Below, one piece after another: positions 53,462 to 64,000 of a DNA stretch of 64,000 nucleotides; within the stretch, counting starts at the first letter, position 1, and each line of letters starts with the position of its first letter. The stretch is from Cercozoa sp. M6MM. Lineage: Eukaryota; Protista; Endomyxa: Ascetosporea. The notes beneath the pieces are model-generated. The model was not told the origin of the DNA and made no database searches. It saw nothing but the letters and a program-made list of their open reading frames with translations. The stretch is from NCBI GenBank assembly GCA_040357565.1, contig JBDODJ010000020.1. One strand, given 5' to 3'. The position numbers and the translations under genes are program-made.

Positions 53462-53564
53462 TTGNNNNNNNNNNNNNNNNNNNNNNNNNNNNNNNNNNNN
53501 NNNNNNNNNNNNNNNNNNNNNNNNNNNNNNNNNNNNNNNNNNNNNNNNNNNNNNNNNNNNNNNN
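53317..53564. other. Two 100-N scaffold gaps inside (GT)n microsatellite
   Basis: N runs 53317-53416 and 53465-53564; different genes on either side. Confidence 0.95.
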
Positions 53565-53611
<47 letters not shown>

Positions 53612-53647
53612 CTTCCAACAACACAGCCATAAAACTAGACAAAGTAC

Positions 53648-54797
53648 CTCGTTCCTCACTCGCGACACTAGGCGTTTCGTGCGACTCATCAGTCGTCGCA
53701 GTTTCTTCGTCGAAAGTTTCGTGCCAGCTGTCTTCTGCCACACCATAATGGGGAGGGGTAAAGCGGTGTATGCTTAAGGGGGCTGAGTGTCGGGGGTAAA
53801 GAATGCAACAGACTCGGAAGAATCGAACGGAGCTGACGCAGCAGTGCGACGGCACTCAACGACGGCGGCACCAAGAGTGTACGTACTCTGTTGCGTCAGG
53901 GGGATCCTTTACAACACAACTACACAAAGAGAAACTACCGATTGGGAAGGTGCAAAATCACTGTTCGCCATGCCGTCTGTTGACAAAAAAGGACACTGCG
54001 AACTGAGTCAAAATAGAGCAGAGAAGGCTACCTCTGGTTCATGTCGTCGTACTTGCACTTTTTCAATGTCCGAGATCTTGCTCTGTCTTGGTATCTACAC
54101 CTTACACAGTCTCAAAAAAGAAAAGCAAGCGAAAAAAGTGAAGATAAACAAAAACACCTCAGCTTGCCGGAAGCGTCCGACGAACACAATGGCGAGCATC
54201 TGCTGCGACAGCAGCATCCTGCAGGCACACATGGACTTCACGCCATTGAGTGGATCGTCCTGTGTGCTGTCACTGTCCAAACTGGCAGAGCCTCCACGAG
54301 TCGTTAGCACAAGACACTCGAGTTGATCCTTCACGGTTTTGTCGCTGTGTGACACCGTGATGATACCGTCAGTGGCTGCTGACAGTCTGGAAATCCAGTC
54401 AGGCGCACAATCAGCAAATACAAACAAACAAACACAAAATACTCTGAAGCTAGAATTTCGAGTAATTTTCGTCGCCGCGAACGTTCCAAACTTCGTTTCT
54501 GCATTAAATCCGACAACTCGTCTTCTGCACTGCGCAAAAACACAAAAACACACACAACTTAACTCAATTCGACAGACCCGTCGGGGAAATGTACTGCTCC
54601 CGCGTTGCTGCCAGAATCCTGGCATCCGCGTCCTTCTCGCGAAGACGCCGTAGCTCTCGAGTTGCGTGCGCAAGCTCATGTTCCAACTCGCGACATCTGC
54701 CATCCATAAATCGCCAGACACAGAAAACCATCAGCGGAAGTGACACCGATCGTGAAACGCACCTTGCTTCCATTATCGCCAATGGCGGAAGCGACAT
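53648..54797 (-). CDS. Hypothetical protein with N-terminal coiled coil; 3' end lost at gap
   Basis: CRELEHELAHATRELRRLREKD, AEDELSDLMQKRSLERSRRRKLLE; exon/intron alternation. Confidence 0.5.
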
Positions 54798-55054
54798 GTG
54801 CAGAACTGTGCTTGCAACAATCTATGTAGTTCCACAGACACTTCGGCCCTTAAAAGCAGTGTCTTGAGTGAAAGTGCCTCTTTGATTTTCGACAGTCGGT
54901 CAACCGTTAAAAAACTGTATTTGCACAGAACGGCTGTTAGATCGCAGTTTGTGCCGAGTGAGCCCGTGCTCGTTCTTTTTGGCGGCCAAACTTTAGGCTG
55001 AACGGGGCGCACTTTGCAGCTGCCCAAGCAAAACTAATTTTGTTTGCCGATCAG

Positions 55055-56108
55055 ATCGAAAGTGGCTTCCCAGGTCGACCTGCAGGGCGAGCTGCGCTGC
55101 ACGCCGCTGCGTGAAATCACCACCGCGGTTTCACATCTGCATGAGACCTTTCGCTCACGCCGAACGGTACCCTTTGTTTCCCGCAAACTCGTGCATTTGC
55201 ATGTTGACCCAGGTCCGCGCGGAATGGCGACGCAAGCAATTGACCGCAATGCTCGAAATGTGAGTAAATCCGCTTCTCAAAGAACAAATGTTTATGTTTG
55301 GGAGTGCTTTAGGCTTGATCGTCACACTGACGACTTCAAAGATGCGCTCGCGTTGGATTTGTCGCGGCCACGACCCGAGTCGTTTCTGACCGAACTGGGC
55401 GTGCTTCGAAACGAGGTCTCGCACGCTTCAGCTCCGAACTGGGTGTGCTTCGAAATTGCGAGAACTGAAATGTTTTTTTGAGTCCTGCAGGTTGCGATCA
55501 TGCTGGACCGGCTTGATGACTGGATGAAGCCGCGCAAGGACACAGAGAAAGAGCTCGTGAATCAACTGGACGAAGTTCTTGTACTTCCTTCACCGCTCGG
55601 AGTGATTGCAGTGATTGCCTCGTGGTGCGCACCTGTGTTGCTCACTCTGCTGCCCGTTGCGACGGCCGTTGCTGCTGGCAACTGCGTGATTTTGAAGCCA
55701 TCGGTAGTCGTGTATCTTTTGTCTGCGCGTTTTTCGTCTATAAGTTAAATATAGGAAGTCGCTGGGAGCACTGCAAAGCTGCTGGAACGTCTTCTTCCAC
55801 AATACCTCGATCAGGATGCAGTGTCTGTTGTGCAAGGTGTGAGCATTTGTGGCGTCGCTTTTTCTGATATTGCAGTGCGAGGGTAGGTGGGGCGGAACAA
55901 GCGATTCATCTCGCCGCAGAGTCTTCGTTGGGCAAGATCGTGTTTTCTGGGTACTTGAGATATTGTGTGCCGTTTATCCTTTCGAATTAGTTTGTCGGAA
56001 CAGACGAGCCGAAACGGGAAAGCACATCGCACGTGCAGCAGCCGCGAATTTGACTCCTGTCGTTCTTCAGTGCGGCGGCAAATCACCAGCAGTCGTTCAT
56101 ACACTCAA
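55055..56108 (+). CDS. Class-3 aldehyde dehydrogenase-like, N-terminal half (truncated at gap), with degenerate motifs
   Basis: EWRRKQL, ALALDLSRP, LDDWMKP, PSPLGVIAVIASW, AVAAGNCVILKPSE, LLPQYLD, TGKHIARAAAANLTPVVLQCGGKSP. Confidence 0.9.
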
Positions 56109-56128
56109 GTACATCTTGCGTTGTGTTT

Positions 56129-56176
<48 letters not shown>

Positions 56177-56276
56177 NNNNNNNNNNNNNNNNNNNNNNNN
56201 NNNNNNNNNNNNNNNNNNNNNNNNNNNNNNNNNNNNNNNNNNNNNNNNNNNNNNNNNNNNNNNNNNNNNNNNNNNN
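56177..56276. other. 100-N scaffold gap after (CA)n
   Basis: ALDH-like exons before, unrelated RPC5-like exons after. Confidence 0.95.
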
Positions 56277-56303
56277 GGGGTAAGCATGGGGTCAACTGTG
56301 CAG

Positions 56304-56675
56304 GTGAAGTCGCTCTTCGCAAGGCCGACGTGCAAGCCCATGTCAAGGTGACTCTTTGTTTGTGTATGTGTATGTGTGTATGCATGTGTGTATGTGTGTG
56401 TATGTATGTATGTATATAGACATCAGTATACATATACATCCATAAAAATATACATATATACATATATATATATATGTGTATGTGTACACGTATGATACAG
56501 AGCAAGTGCGGCCGCAAGCTGTCCACCAACCACTACAGCAAGATCATGTGCGAGCTGTGTGTCACCAACTCCAAGGTGGGTCTTACCTCCCCCCGACCTC
56601 TACCCCTTGGGGCCCCGCCCCTGTGTGTAGGGCCAGTGGCAGCTGCGCAACGGCATGGGCACCGGCGGCGTCTAG
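56304..56675 (+). CDS. POLR3E: Last three exons of RNA polymerase III subunit RPC5-like protein
   Basis: LRKADVQAHVK|SKCGRKLSTNHYSKIMCELCVTNSK|GQWQLRNG resembles the RPC5 C-terminal winged-helix pattern (Y-x-K-I-x-x-E-L-C...W-x-L). Confidence 0.6.
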
Positions 56676-57291
56676 TGTCTGGTCAGCTGCGTCACAGTCG
56701 TCTTGATTAGTCGTTCGATCTATCAAGCATCATGCGCGACGAAGACTCAGCTCGTTCAACACAACTGAAGCTTCTGTTTCTGCAGTTTCTCAGTGAAAAA
56801 AACCAAATGAAAGCAGTAAGTTCAGCTAGACCAATGTTAGTGTTACGGCATAGCGTTTCTCAAGCAGTCAAGTTGCGTTGTCATCTGACTACTCGTCAGC
56901 GCGAACGATCAAATCTGAACCAGTATGGTTTATAGTGAAGGATTTGTTTTGCTAGACCTGACTTCCTAGCTCGGGTCAAGCTTTCTACAGCTCACACACT
57001 TTTGACTGCAGTGCTTGGGCTGTTCTTTTTAATTGCCAACAACAAGCCTTCAAGCTTTCGACGACCTTTTCCACAAGGGTATGTCTTCTAATCCTCCGCA
57101 TCGACGCCATTCTAACTGACGTTTTACCTCCTTTATTTAGTCGTCTTCAATACCTTAGTTACTGGTTTCCATACCGTAACATTAGCTTTGCCAACTCGGC
57201 AAGCCCAATCTACACCCTGCAAGCCCCAACTGGGCTTTTGCGTCACGTCATAGAATGAATCGTCCGTCTCGGGGACCCCCATCTCAGTTTT

Positions 57292-57788
57292 CCAGTGGAG
57301 AAGAGCAGACACAAAGCGCAGATCGCACAGACTGAATTAGCGAAAGGAGAAAGCAGGACAAGACGGCGAACGACCCAGAGAACACGAGAATGGTCGAGAC
57401 GGAAGCGAAGACGTCACAAACCAACTATTCAGAATAGCCAAAGAGCGCAAACTCCGCATCGCAGACATCCGCACACTTTCAAGACTCCTCTGCAACAGAC
57501 TTGGAAGCCTCGACTACAACGATGTCCGTTCGTTTTGTTTAGTAGTTATCGAGAGGAAGAACGGGAGGCCGACGACGGGATCGACACCACCTGCGACGCT
57601 TCTCTACTTGTAGCGCTACCTGCCAACCATGAAGTAGACTTCGGTGTCTGGGAAAGAGGAGTCGTATGGTCCTGCCTTATGCGGGCGGTAGACGTGACAT
57701 GCTCTTGTGACACACCCCAGACGGTTTGAAATCTCCTGTGCAGGCGAACTATCGTATATAGTTGGTTTCCTAGAAGACTCAACTAACT
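57292..57788 (+). mobile_element. Longest retroelement copy (copy 4), with remnant ORF C-terminus, 3'UTR and AACTAACT tail
   Basis: 57495-57788 is colinear with the reverse complement of copy 2; open frame ...QLFRIAKERKLRIADIRTLSRLLCNRLG...; possible imperfect TSD CTCAGTTTT (57283) / CTCATTTT (57787); 5' boundary inferred. Confidence 0.75.
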
Positions 57789-60137
57789 CATTTTATTGTC
57801 TGGTGATTTCAGATCGGACGATCTCACGTCACGCCACTCGGACGACTTTGCCTTTGCAGCGGCACTTGCCTTCTTGGCTACCAAAAGGCACAAGGTACAG
57901 GTACAGTTACAAAGCGCACAAGGCAGAAATTTGTTGTACCGAAGCTGTCCAGAAAGGCACGGAAGGCGGCCGGGTAGCTTGCGCGCAGACCCGCCAACTG
58001 CGGCGACGTGCACGCCGCGCGCAGCATGTCGCGCCCGTTCTGTCCATGTGCAGTGTACTGAGAGTGTGAGGGAAAGGGGTAGGACAGGCTGGCGTGGTAA
58101 CTACCTTGCGTTTCGGCAGGCAGACGCGCTCGGCCAGCGTGAGTTCACCGCGATCGTAGAGCACGCGCGTGAGGCGACTCCACACGACTCGCTCCTGACT
58201 GGCTGAGCCTTCCAGGAACATGGCATGCACGGCGTCCAGTAACTTCTTGCGCAACTGTTTGTACACATACATACACATATATATATATATATAATATATA
58301 TATACGTATATATATATATATATATCACATAGATAGGCAGGTAGATAGGCAGATAGAGATAGCAGAGAGATGGATAGATTGGTGGATATATAGATAGATA
58401 GATAAATAGATAGACATAAACAGAGAGAGACATACTTATGTACTGTACCTTAGGGTCCAAGACGGTTCGGTTCATACCGGGCACTTGAGCGAGTTTCTTT
58501 CGTCGTCGTCTGGCCTGCGGATACACTTGAAGTGTGTGTGTGGGGGGGGGGGGGCGAGAGGGTTTAGCGGTCTTGTTTCGCGTAAAGGTGGCCAAGAGGG
58601 GGGGGGGGGATACCTTGTATAGCCACTCTTCGTATTTGTGCAGTTTCTGCTGCTCGTTGAGTTCTTCAGTTTCGTGCTCAGTTTTGTATTCCTTTTTCAG
58701 TTTCTTCTTTTTCTTCTTCGCATTGTTGTTGCTGTCGTTGTTGTCGTTGTTGTCGTTGTTGTTGTGATCTTTCTCGCTGTCTGACTCGGGAAAAACGTCG
58801 TCGAATCCATCGAAACCGTCAGAAGCACCCTCCGGTTCATCCTCAGGTTCCTCAGAATGATCCGGTTTATCAAAAGAAGCGGCATCCGTCAATTGCTCAG
58901 GTTCCTCCACGTTTCTCTCCTCCTTGACTAAGAAAAAAACTGAACTCAACTGATGCTTAAAGGAAGAACCGAGTTATATATACCTTGCTGCGCGGAGGTA
59001 CGACTCCGTTTGGCCGCCGGTTCATCGTCGCCACGCACGAGAACCCGTTTCTTTCGCACTTGCAGTGGCGTCTGCTCAGGCGTCCCCTCAGGCAACTGAT
59101 TGGCAAGACAGTACATTTCAAGCATACATGAAGTCAAAAAGAATCACACCAGTTCATCGGAAAAATCGCAGGCGCGTCGCATTTCGGCTATTCAAGCACA
59201 TTAACGAAGGATTTAAACAAAATCTGTTGGGGCACATTTTTGTGAATTTGCTGTCTTACCGTTTTGACTCTTTTGGCCGAGAACTTCGAGTTCTGCCAGT
59301 ATTTCTTCCGTTGGCTGTCTCAAAAACAGGAGTAAAACAGCAGAAATTACTTTTTAAATTGGATTTGTTCGGTTAATAGATACAACATATCCTCATACTG
59401 TAACACGTTTTACCAACGGCTCATCTGCAGACGGCAACGAAATCACGAGTTTCCAGAGCGTCGGTGCATGCTGACACAACTCCTGAGGCAGGCAAGACAA
59501 GATAAACGCAAGCAGACCGGAGTGCAGACAAACCAACCTCGGCGTGAGTTTTGAGTAAGGACTGAAACTTTACGGTAGCGTAATCAGGAACGTTTGCACA
59601 GCGCGCTGTGTACAGCAAGGCACAGCGTAGTTCGACTAAGTCAAACTGCACAAAAGCAAATCGGCTCAGTTTAAGTTAAAATACAAAAAAAAGAAAGAAA
59701 CGCACGATATTGCGCTCTACGCCATCGTTATTCGTTTTGTGTAACCGAGCAAGTGCGTCAACAAACTCCAGGCGTTCGTCTGTGTCCCGGAAAGAATGCT
59801 GCTGCAGCCACTGGACATTACCAGGCAAAAAGGTGAAAGTGTACGCGGGTTAAGAAATTGTTTACCTTTGCGAAGCGACGTAGCTTGTGCATGGTGTAAG
59901 GCGAAGCAGGGTGCAACAACGGCTCCCGAAGGGCCAAGAGAGATTCGGAGGCAATGTCCGAACAGACACACAACACCCAAAACGAAGAGTGCTGAGCCCA
60001 CCTGGCGCCTCGAAATCCCAATAAGTGCCAGCGCCAACAAAACAATCGCCAGTTTCGCGATTAAGGCCGGATCTACGGGACTGTAAATCACAACGCCGAA
60101 GTTGTGAAAATGCCCCGCCCAAATTGATGAAGCTCAT
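57783..60137 (-). CDS. Hypothetical protein(s) with acidic/Asn/Lys low-complexity middle
   Basis: Exons MHKLRRFAK|WLQQHSFRD...|FDLVELRCALL...; KKLLDAVHAMFLEG...WSRLTRVLYDRG; single-gene model and both ends uncertain. Confidence 0.5.
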
Positions 60138-60277
60138 TTCCGGTCCCGACCGGAAAGTTTATGCAAGCTAATTGGCATTCTGACAGTTGACTGACATGCT
60201 ATATATGCAACTCAAGTCGAGTTGAAACGTGACAAAAACGCAGAATTTGACTTGCAAAAGGTCCGAGCATGCGATGC

Positions 60278-61607
60278 TTACTTGCGGCCCTTCTTGCCCT
60301 TCTTGCCCTTTTTGCCCTTCTTGCCGGAGGCAGCGACGGGAGCACTCTCGGCGGTGGCGCTGCCATTAGTTTGCCGGAAGTTGAAGTCGCCCTTGGTCTG
60401 AACGAGAGCAGAAGTTTGAGTATCTAGACACACAATCTAGACACACAAGGTATTGATTGTACCGACTTGTTGAGCGCGGCAATAAAGTCGTCAAAGTCGC
60501 CGGGAACAATGCCGAGCGAGTAGACGCAGCCGTCGTCGGTGTAGTTCTCGCGGTGAACCGTTGCCATGCCATAGACCACACCGGCTGCCCACGACGGAGG
60601 GAGGATGGGGGGGGGGGGTATTCGGGATAAAGCAGCGTACCAGCAGGGCCGATGTACTTGTGCGCAAGCGTCAGTTCGCCTTCGATCTCCTGTCACACAC
60701 CATGCACATTCAGATATACAGATACACATATTATATATATAATACACATATACACATAATATACATATACACATCATATACATACACACATAATATAGAT
60801 ACATAGATATATGATGCTTATGCACAAGGTACATCACGACGTAGCACGATCTTGCCGAGGAGTTTCTTCTTGGCCTTCTCGGCTTGAGTCGGCACTACTC
60901 ATACAATAGCCACCCGTACACACCCATACAGTACAGTAGCCATATGCATTATCGCATCCTTATACAAATACAAGAGACCGTACCAGCCTCGAACTCGTCA
61001 GCGTGGAAGCGCACCTCAGCCAGAGCGTTCTCGATGCGTGTCATTGGATGCGGTCGGCCCGCCTGGTCCACAAAGTTCTTGCGCAGGTACTGCACCACTT
61101 GCCGGTGCTTCAGCGCCACTGCTTCGCGTCTCTCCGCTGCCGTGCGTTGGATCTATGGGGTGGGGGGGGGGGGGGGAGGGGTAAGATGGGGGATAAGGGA
61201 GGGGATAAGGTAGGGGATAACGTGAGGTAAGCTACCTCGCCTTCGCGCAGAATGGTTTCGATGCACTTGAGCGCATCGTCGGTGCCGAAGTGTTCCACCA
61301 AATCGCAGGCCGGCGCACGGTCGCCCTTGGCAAAGTCGCTCCACACGACGTCGCTCACTAGGCAGCGCTGCAGCTGCTCCTGACCCTCGCGGAAACGCTG
61401 CACTGACCCGGCTTGCACGGCACTGCTCAAGCAATAAACGATCACACGAGAAACGCAGGAAAAACGCAGAAGAAACGCAGGAGAAACGCAGAGCACAACG
61501 TCAGATGACATCATGTGAGAATCGTCAAAAAAAAAACCAACGTACACTTCAAACAGCACCTTTTTGCCATGCTTAAAGCGCACCAAGCGCGTGTTGTCGG
61601 CCGACAT
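60278..61607 (-). CDS. SBDS/Sdo1-family ribosome maturation protein (divergent) with (KKG)n tail
   Basis: LVRFKHGKKVLFE, VWSDFAKGDRA, FGTDDALKCIETILREGEIQRTAAERRE, RPHPMTRIENAL, IVPGDFD, TKGD. Confidence 0.88.
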
Positions 61608-61763
61608 GACACTGCTTTCAGTAGTAGCAGCAGAAAACCAAAGAATATCCAGAGAATAGCTTGGCTCAAATTGAGGCTATAAAACAATTCGGGCTCAAGG
61701 AACAGTGTGCTCTGCCGCGTTCTCTAGATGCGTTAGGAGTGGGTTTTTAGGTTATAATTTTGT

Positions 61764-63442
61764 ATGGAGGGACGACTACAGCGGTTTAAAGAGCGTCGAG
61801 CTCGGCTGCGCTCGAGGATGAGTGCATCAGTCCGCGCGGAAGTGCCGGTATGTAGGTCTATGCCACCACTAGACTGAGCTTGGACTTGAGCGTGCAGCCA
61901 TTCGGTGCGATCGATTATGAGCTGCCTGTGCAAACGGAGTCGCCGACCGAGGAGGAGCAAGAAACGCCGATCGATGCGGCCGATGCTTTCTTGGAATGTA
62001 GGCTTTCTCTCCAGTCAGGGTTTGTGTCACTCAGGTTGCTAGCCAAGGGTCGGTGTCTCTAAGTGTACTAAATCTGTCTTGTAGCACTCCAGTTGGGCAC
62101 TCGAAAAACGCGAAAGCTGCCTTCGAAGAAAGCAGTGACAGAGCGAAAACCAGAAGCGAGTTCCACATGGTGCTGGCAGTCCGACCCGGCCAAGGTGTGT
62201 GTTACTGTGTGTACACATGTCAAACCTTCGCCCTCGCAGATGTGATGCTTGTGCAGACCAAGGCTGTCTTTGGAAAGGTGAATCCTTTCGGGGTACAGGT
62301 ACAGGGGTTGGGAATAAGGTGGGGTATATGGCTTAAAGGGTTTAAACAAAGGGTAAACGATAGCTGCCGCCGGAGCCCGAGTTTACTGGCGAACCTGTCG
62401 AGCAAACTACTGTTTCCAAGTCGTGTATGTTTCTGTTCTTTTGTGTGTGTTTGTACGAGTGTATCTGAAAGTAGGCACATTTTCCTGGGGCAGTCGGCCC
62501 TCGGGGTGGCAGTGCCAGGAGTGCTTCTCGCAGAATAAGAACGCAGACACCAAGTGCGCTGCCTGTGAGACAGTCAGGGACGATAGAGACACCACAGATC
62601 CTACTGAAGAGGTGTAATGTTCTATATCTATATACATAAGTATCATATCTACATCTGCAATATATATATATAGATATAGATGTACATGTTAATGTAAGCA
62701 GACTCCAAAGAAACCAGTGCCGTCGGTCGCTGCCTTCTCGTTCGGCAACAGCACATCGACTGATACTGCGTCGACAGGTCAGATTCTACGCATATTGTCT
62801 AGCCGCATATATATATATATATGTATATATGGATATTAAAATATGTATATAATATAGGTGCTTTTGCCTGGGCCGATCAAGCCTCGGGATGGCGGTGCCA
62901 GGAGTGCTTCACGCAGAACAAGGACGCAGACACCAAGTGCGTTGCCTGCGAGGCAGTGAAGGACGGCGGGGAGGACACAAGTCCGACCGAGGAGGCTCCG
63001 CAGAAGCCGGTGCTGTCCTTTGGTGCCTTCTCGTTTGGCAACACTCGCACCGAGACTGGCGGCACGGAGGCTGCCTTCGCCGAGGTTCATAATGTATGTG
63101 TATATGTAGATGTATGTATTTGTGTATGCATATTATATTGTTTGTACCTATGTATAAAACAGAACAAGCAATCGTCGGTGCAGTCAGCATCTCAAGCAAC
63201 AACATTGCCTGGTATACTGTGTGCGTGTGCGTGTGCGTGTGTGTGTGTGTTTATACGGTGTATCTTAAAGCAGGCACATTCGCCTGGGGCAACACTCCTG
63301 CGGGATGGCAGTGTCAAGAGTGCTTCACGCAGAACAAGGACGCAGACACCAAGTGCGCTGCCTGTGAGTCTCTCAAAGAGGGCACAGAAGCCACCAATCT
63401 CACTGAAGAGGTGTGTTTGTCTTTCTCTGTTTATACGGTATC

Positions 63443-63477
<35 letters not shown>

Positions 63478-64000
63478 CTATATTTATGTAAGCAGGCACT
63501 TGAAAAGCCAGTGCTGTCCTTCGGGGCCTTCTCGTTCGGCAACGCATCAACTGCACCGGAAGCTTCCGAGGAGGAGCCTGCCGACAGCGAGGTCTGTATA
63601 CTTATGTCCGTTTTGTATGTATTTTCTGAATGTGTATGTCGGTATGTCTGTATGTATGCATGATGTATGTACAGGTGTGTTTTATGTCTGGTGTGTGTAT
63701 GTACGGAGTCTGTTTGTATTTACAAAGATCGAGACAGAGAAGAAGGAGGCACGGGCAGCACCTGTTGGTACACACACCCATAATGCATGTATGTCTTTGC
63801 GTATACGCGACATGACAGGCACATTCGCCTGGGGCAGCACTCCTGCGGGATGGCAGTGTCAAGAGTGCTTCACGCAGAACAAGGACGCAGACACCAAGTG
63901 TGCTGCCTGTGAGACAGTCAGGGATGGTGTAGAAACGACGGATTTGACTGAGGGGGTATCTGAACTATATATATATATATATGTATAATATCTATATATA
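61764..64000 (+). CDS. RanBP2-type zinc-finger / FxFG repeat protein (Nup153/Nup358-like); runs off the window
   Basis: Four W-x-C-x2-C-x3-N-x6-C-x2-C fingers (about 62507, 62890, 63306, 63851) interleaved with FSFG motifs. Confidence 0.8.

Noticed and set aside
53028-53855. Long CV/HT-repeat ORFs in the track
   Set aside because: Translations of (GT)n/(CA)n microsatellites and N gaps
59957-60002. Possible non-canonical GT-GG intron
   Set aside because: A downstream ATG (MHKLRR) or an alternative AG explains the frames; all introns traced in conserved genes are GT-AG
60000-60091. TMEM258/OST5-like peptide (YSPVDPALIAKLAIVLL)
   Set aside because: No ATG in that frame (upstream TGA) and the rest does not fit the family
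1644-61607. Stop-codon reassignment
   Set aside because: TAA, TAG and TGA all terminate genes; apparent in-frame stops fall in introns

Overview
This is eukaryotic nuclear DNA from an intron-dense microbial eukaryote; the lineage cannot be fixed from the sequence alone. It uses the standard genetic code and short GT-AG introns, mostly about 40-100 nt. The ORF track is largely uninformative because genes are split into many small exons, so I spliced the genes by eye; boundaries of conserved genes are good, those of hypothetical genes approximate. About 25 tightly packed genes, often head-to-head, in order: MENTAL-like membrane protein, PGM2, ATG3, PEX19, polyQ protein, NOL6/UTP22, ARFRP1, CWF19L1, small secreted Cys-rich protein, CBS-domain protein, J-domain protein, multi-TM protein, PH-FYVE protein, p62/NBR1-like receptor, ABCA transporter, ARM/SmgGDS-like protein, ISOC, ankyrin protein, prolyl oligopeptidase (partial), hypothetical, ALDH3-like (partial), RPC5 (partial), hypothetical, SBDS-like, and a RanBP2-zinc-finger/FxFG nucleoporin-like gene. 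The strongest unexplained signal is a dispersed family of four 5'-truncated non-LTR retroelement copies. They have (AACT)n-type tails and a structured 3' region, two carry clear target-site duplications, two retain an ORF C-terminus, and all four lie between convergent gene ends. Other highlights: a likely catalytically altered ALDH3, a patchwork of short direct and inverted modules at 5.3-5.8 kb, a 20-bp 3'UTR hairpin, and strand-biased intronic poly-C. The 100-N gap junctions at 53.3-53.6 kb and 56.2 kb join fragments of different genes.
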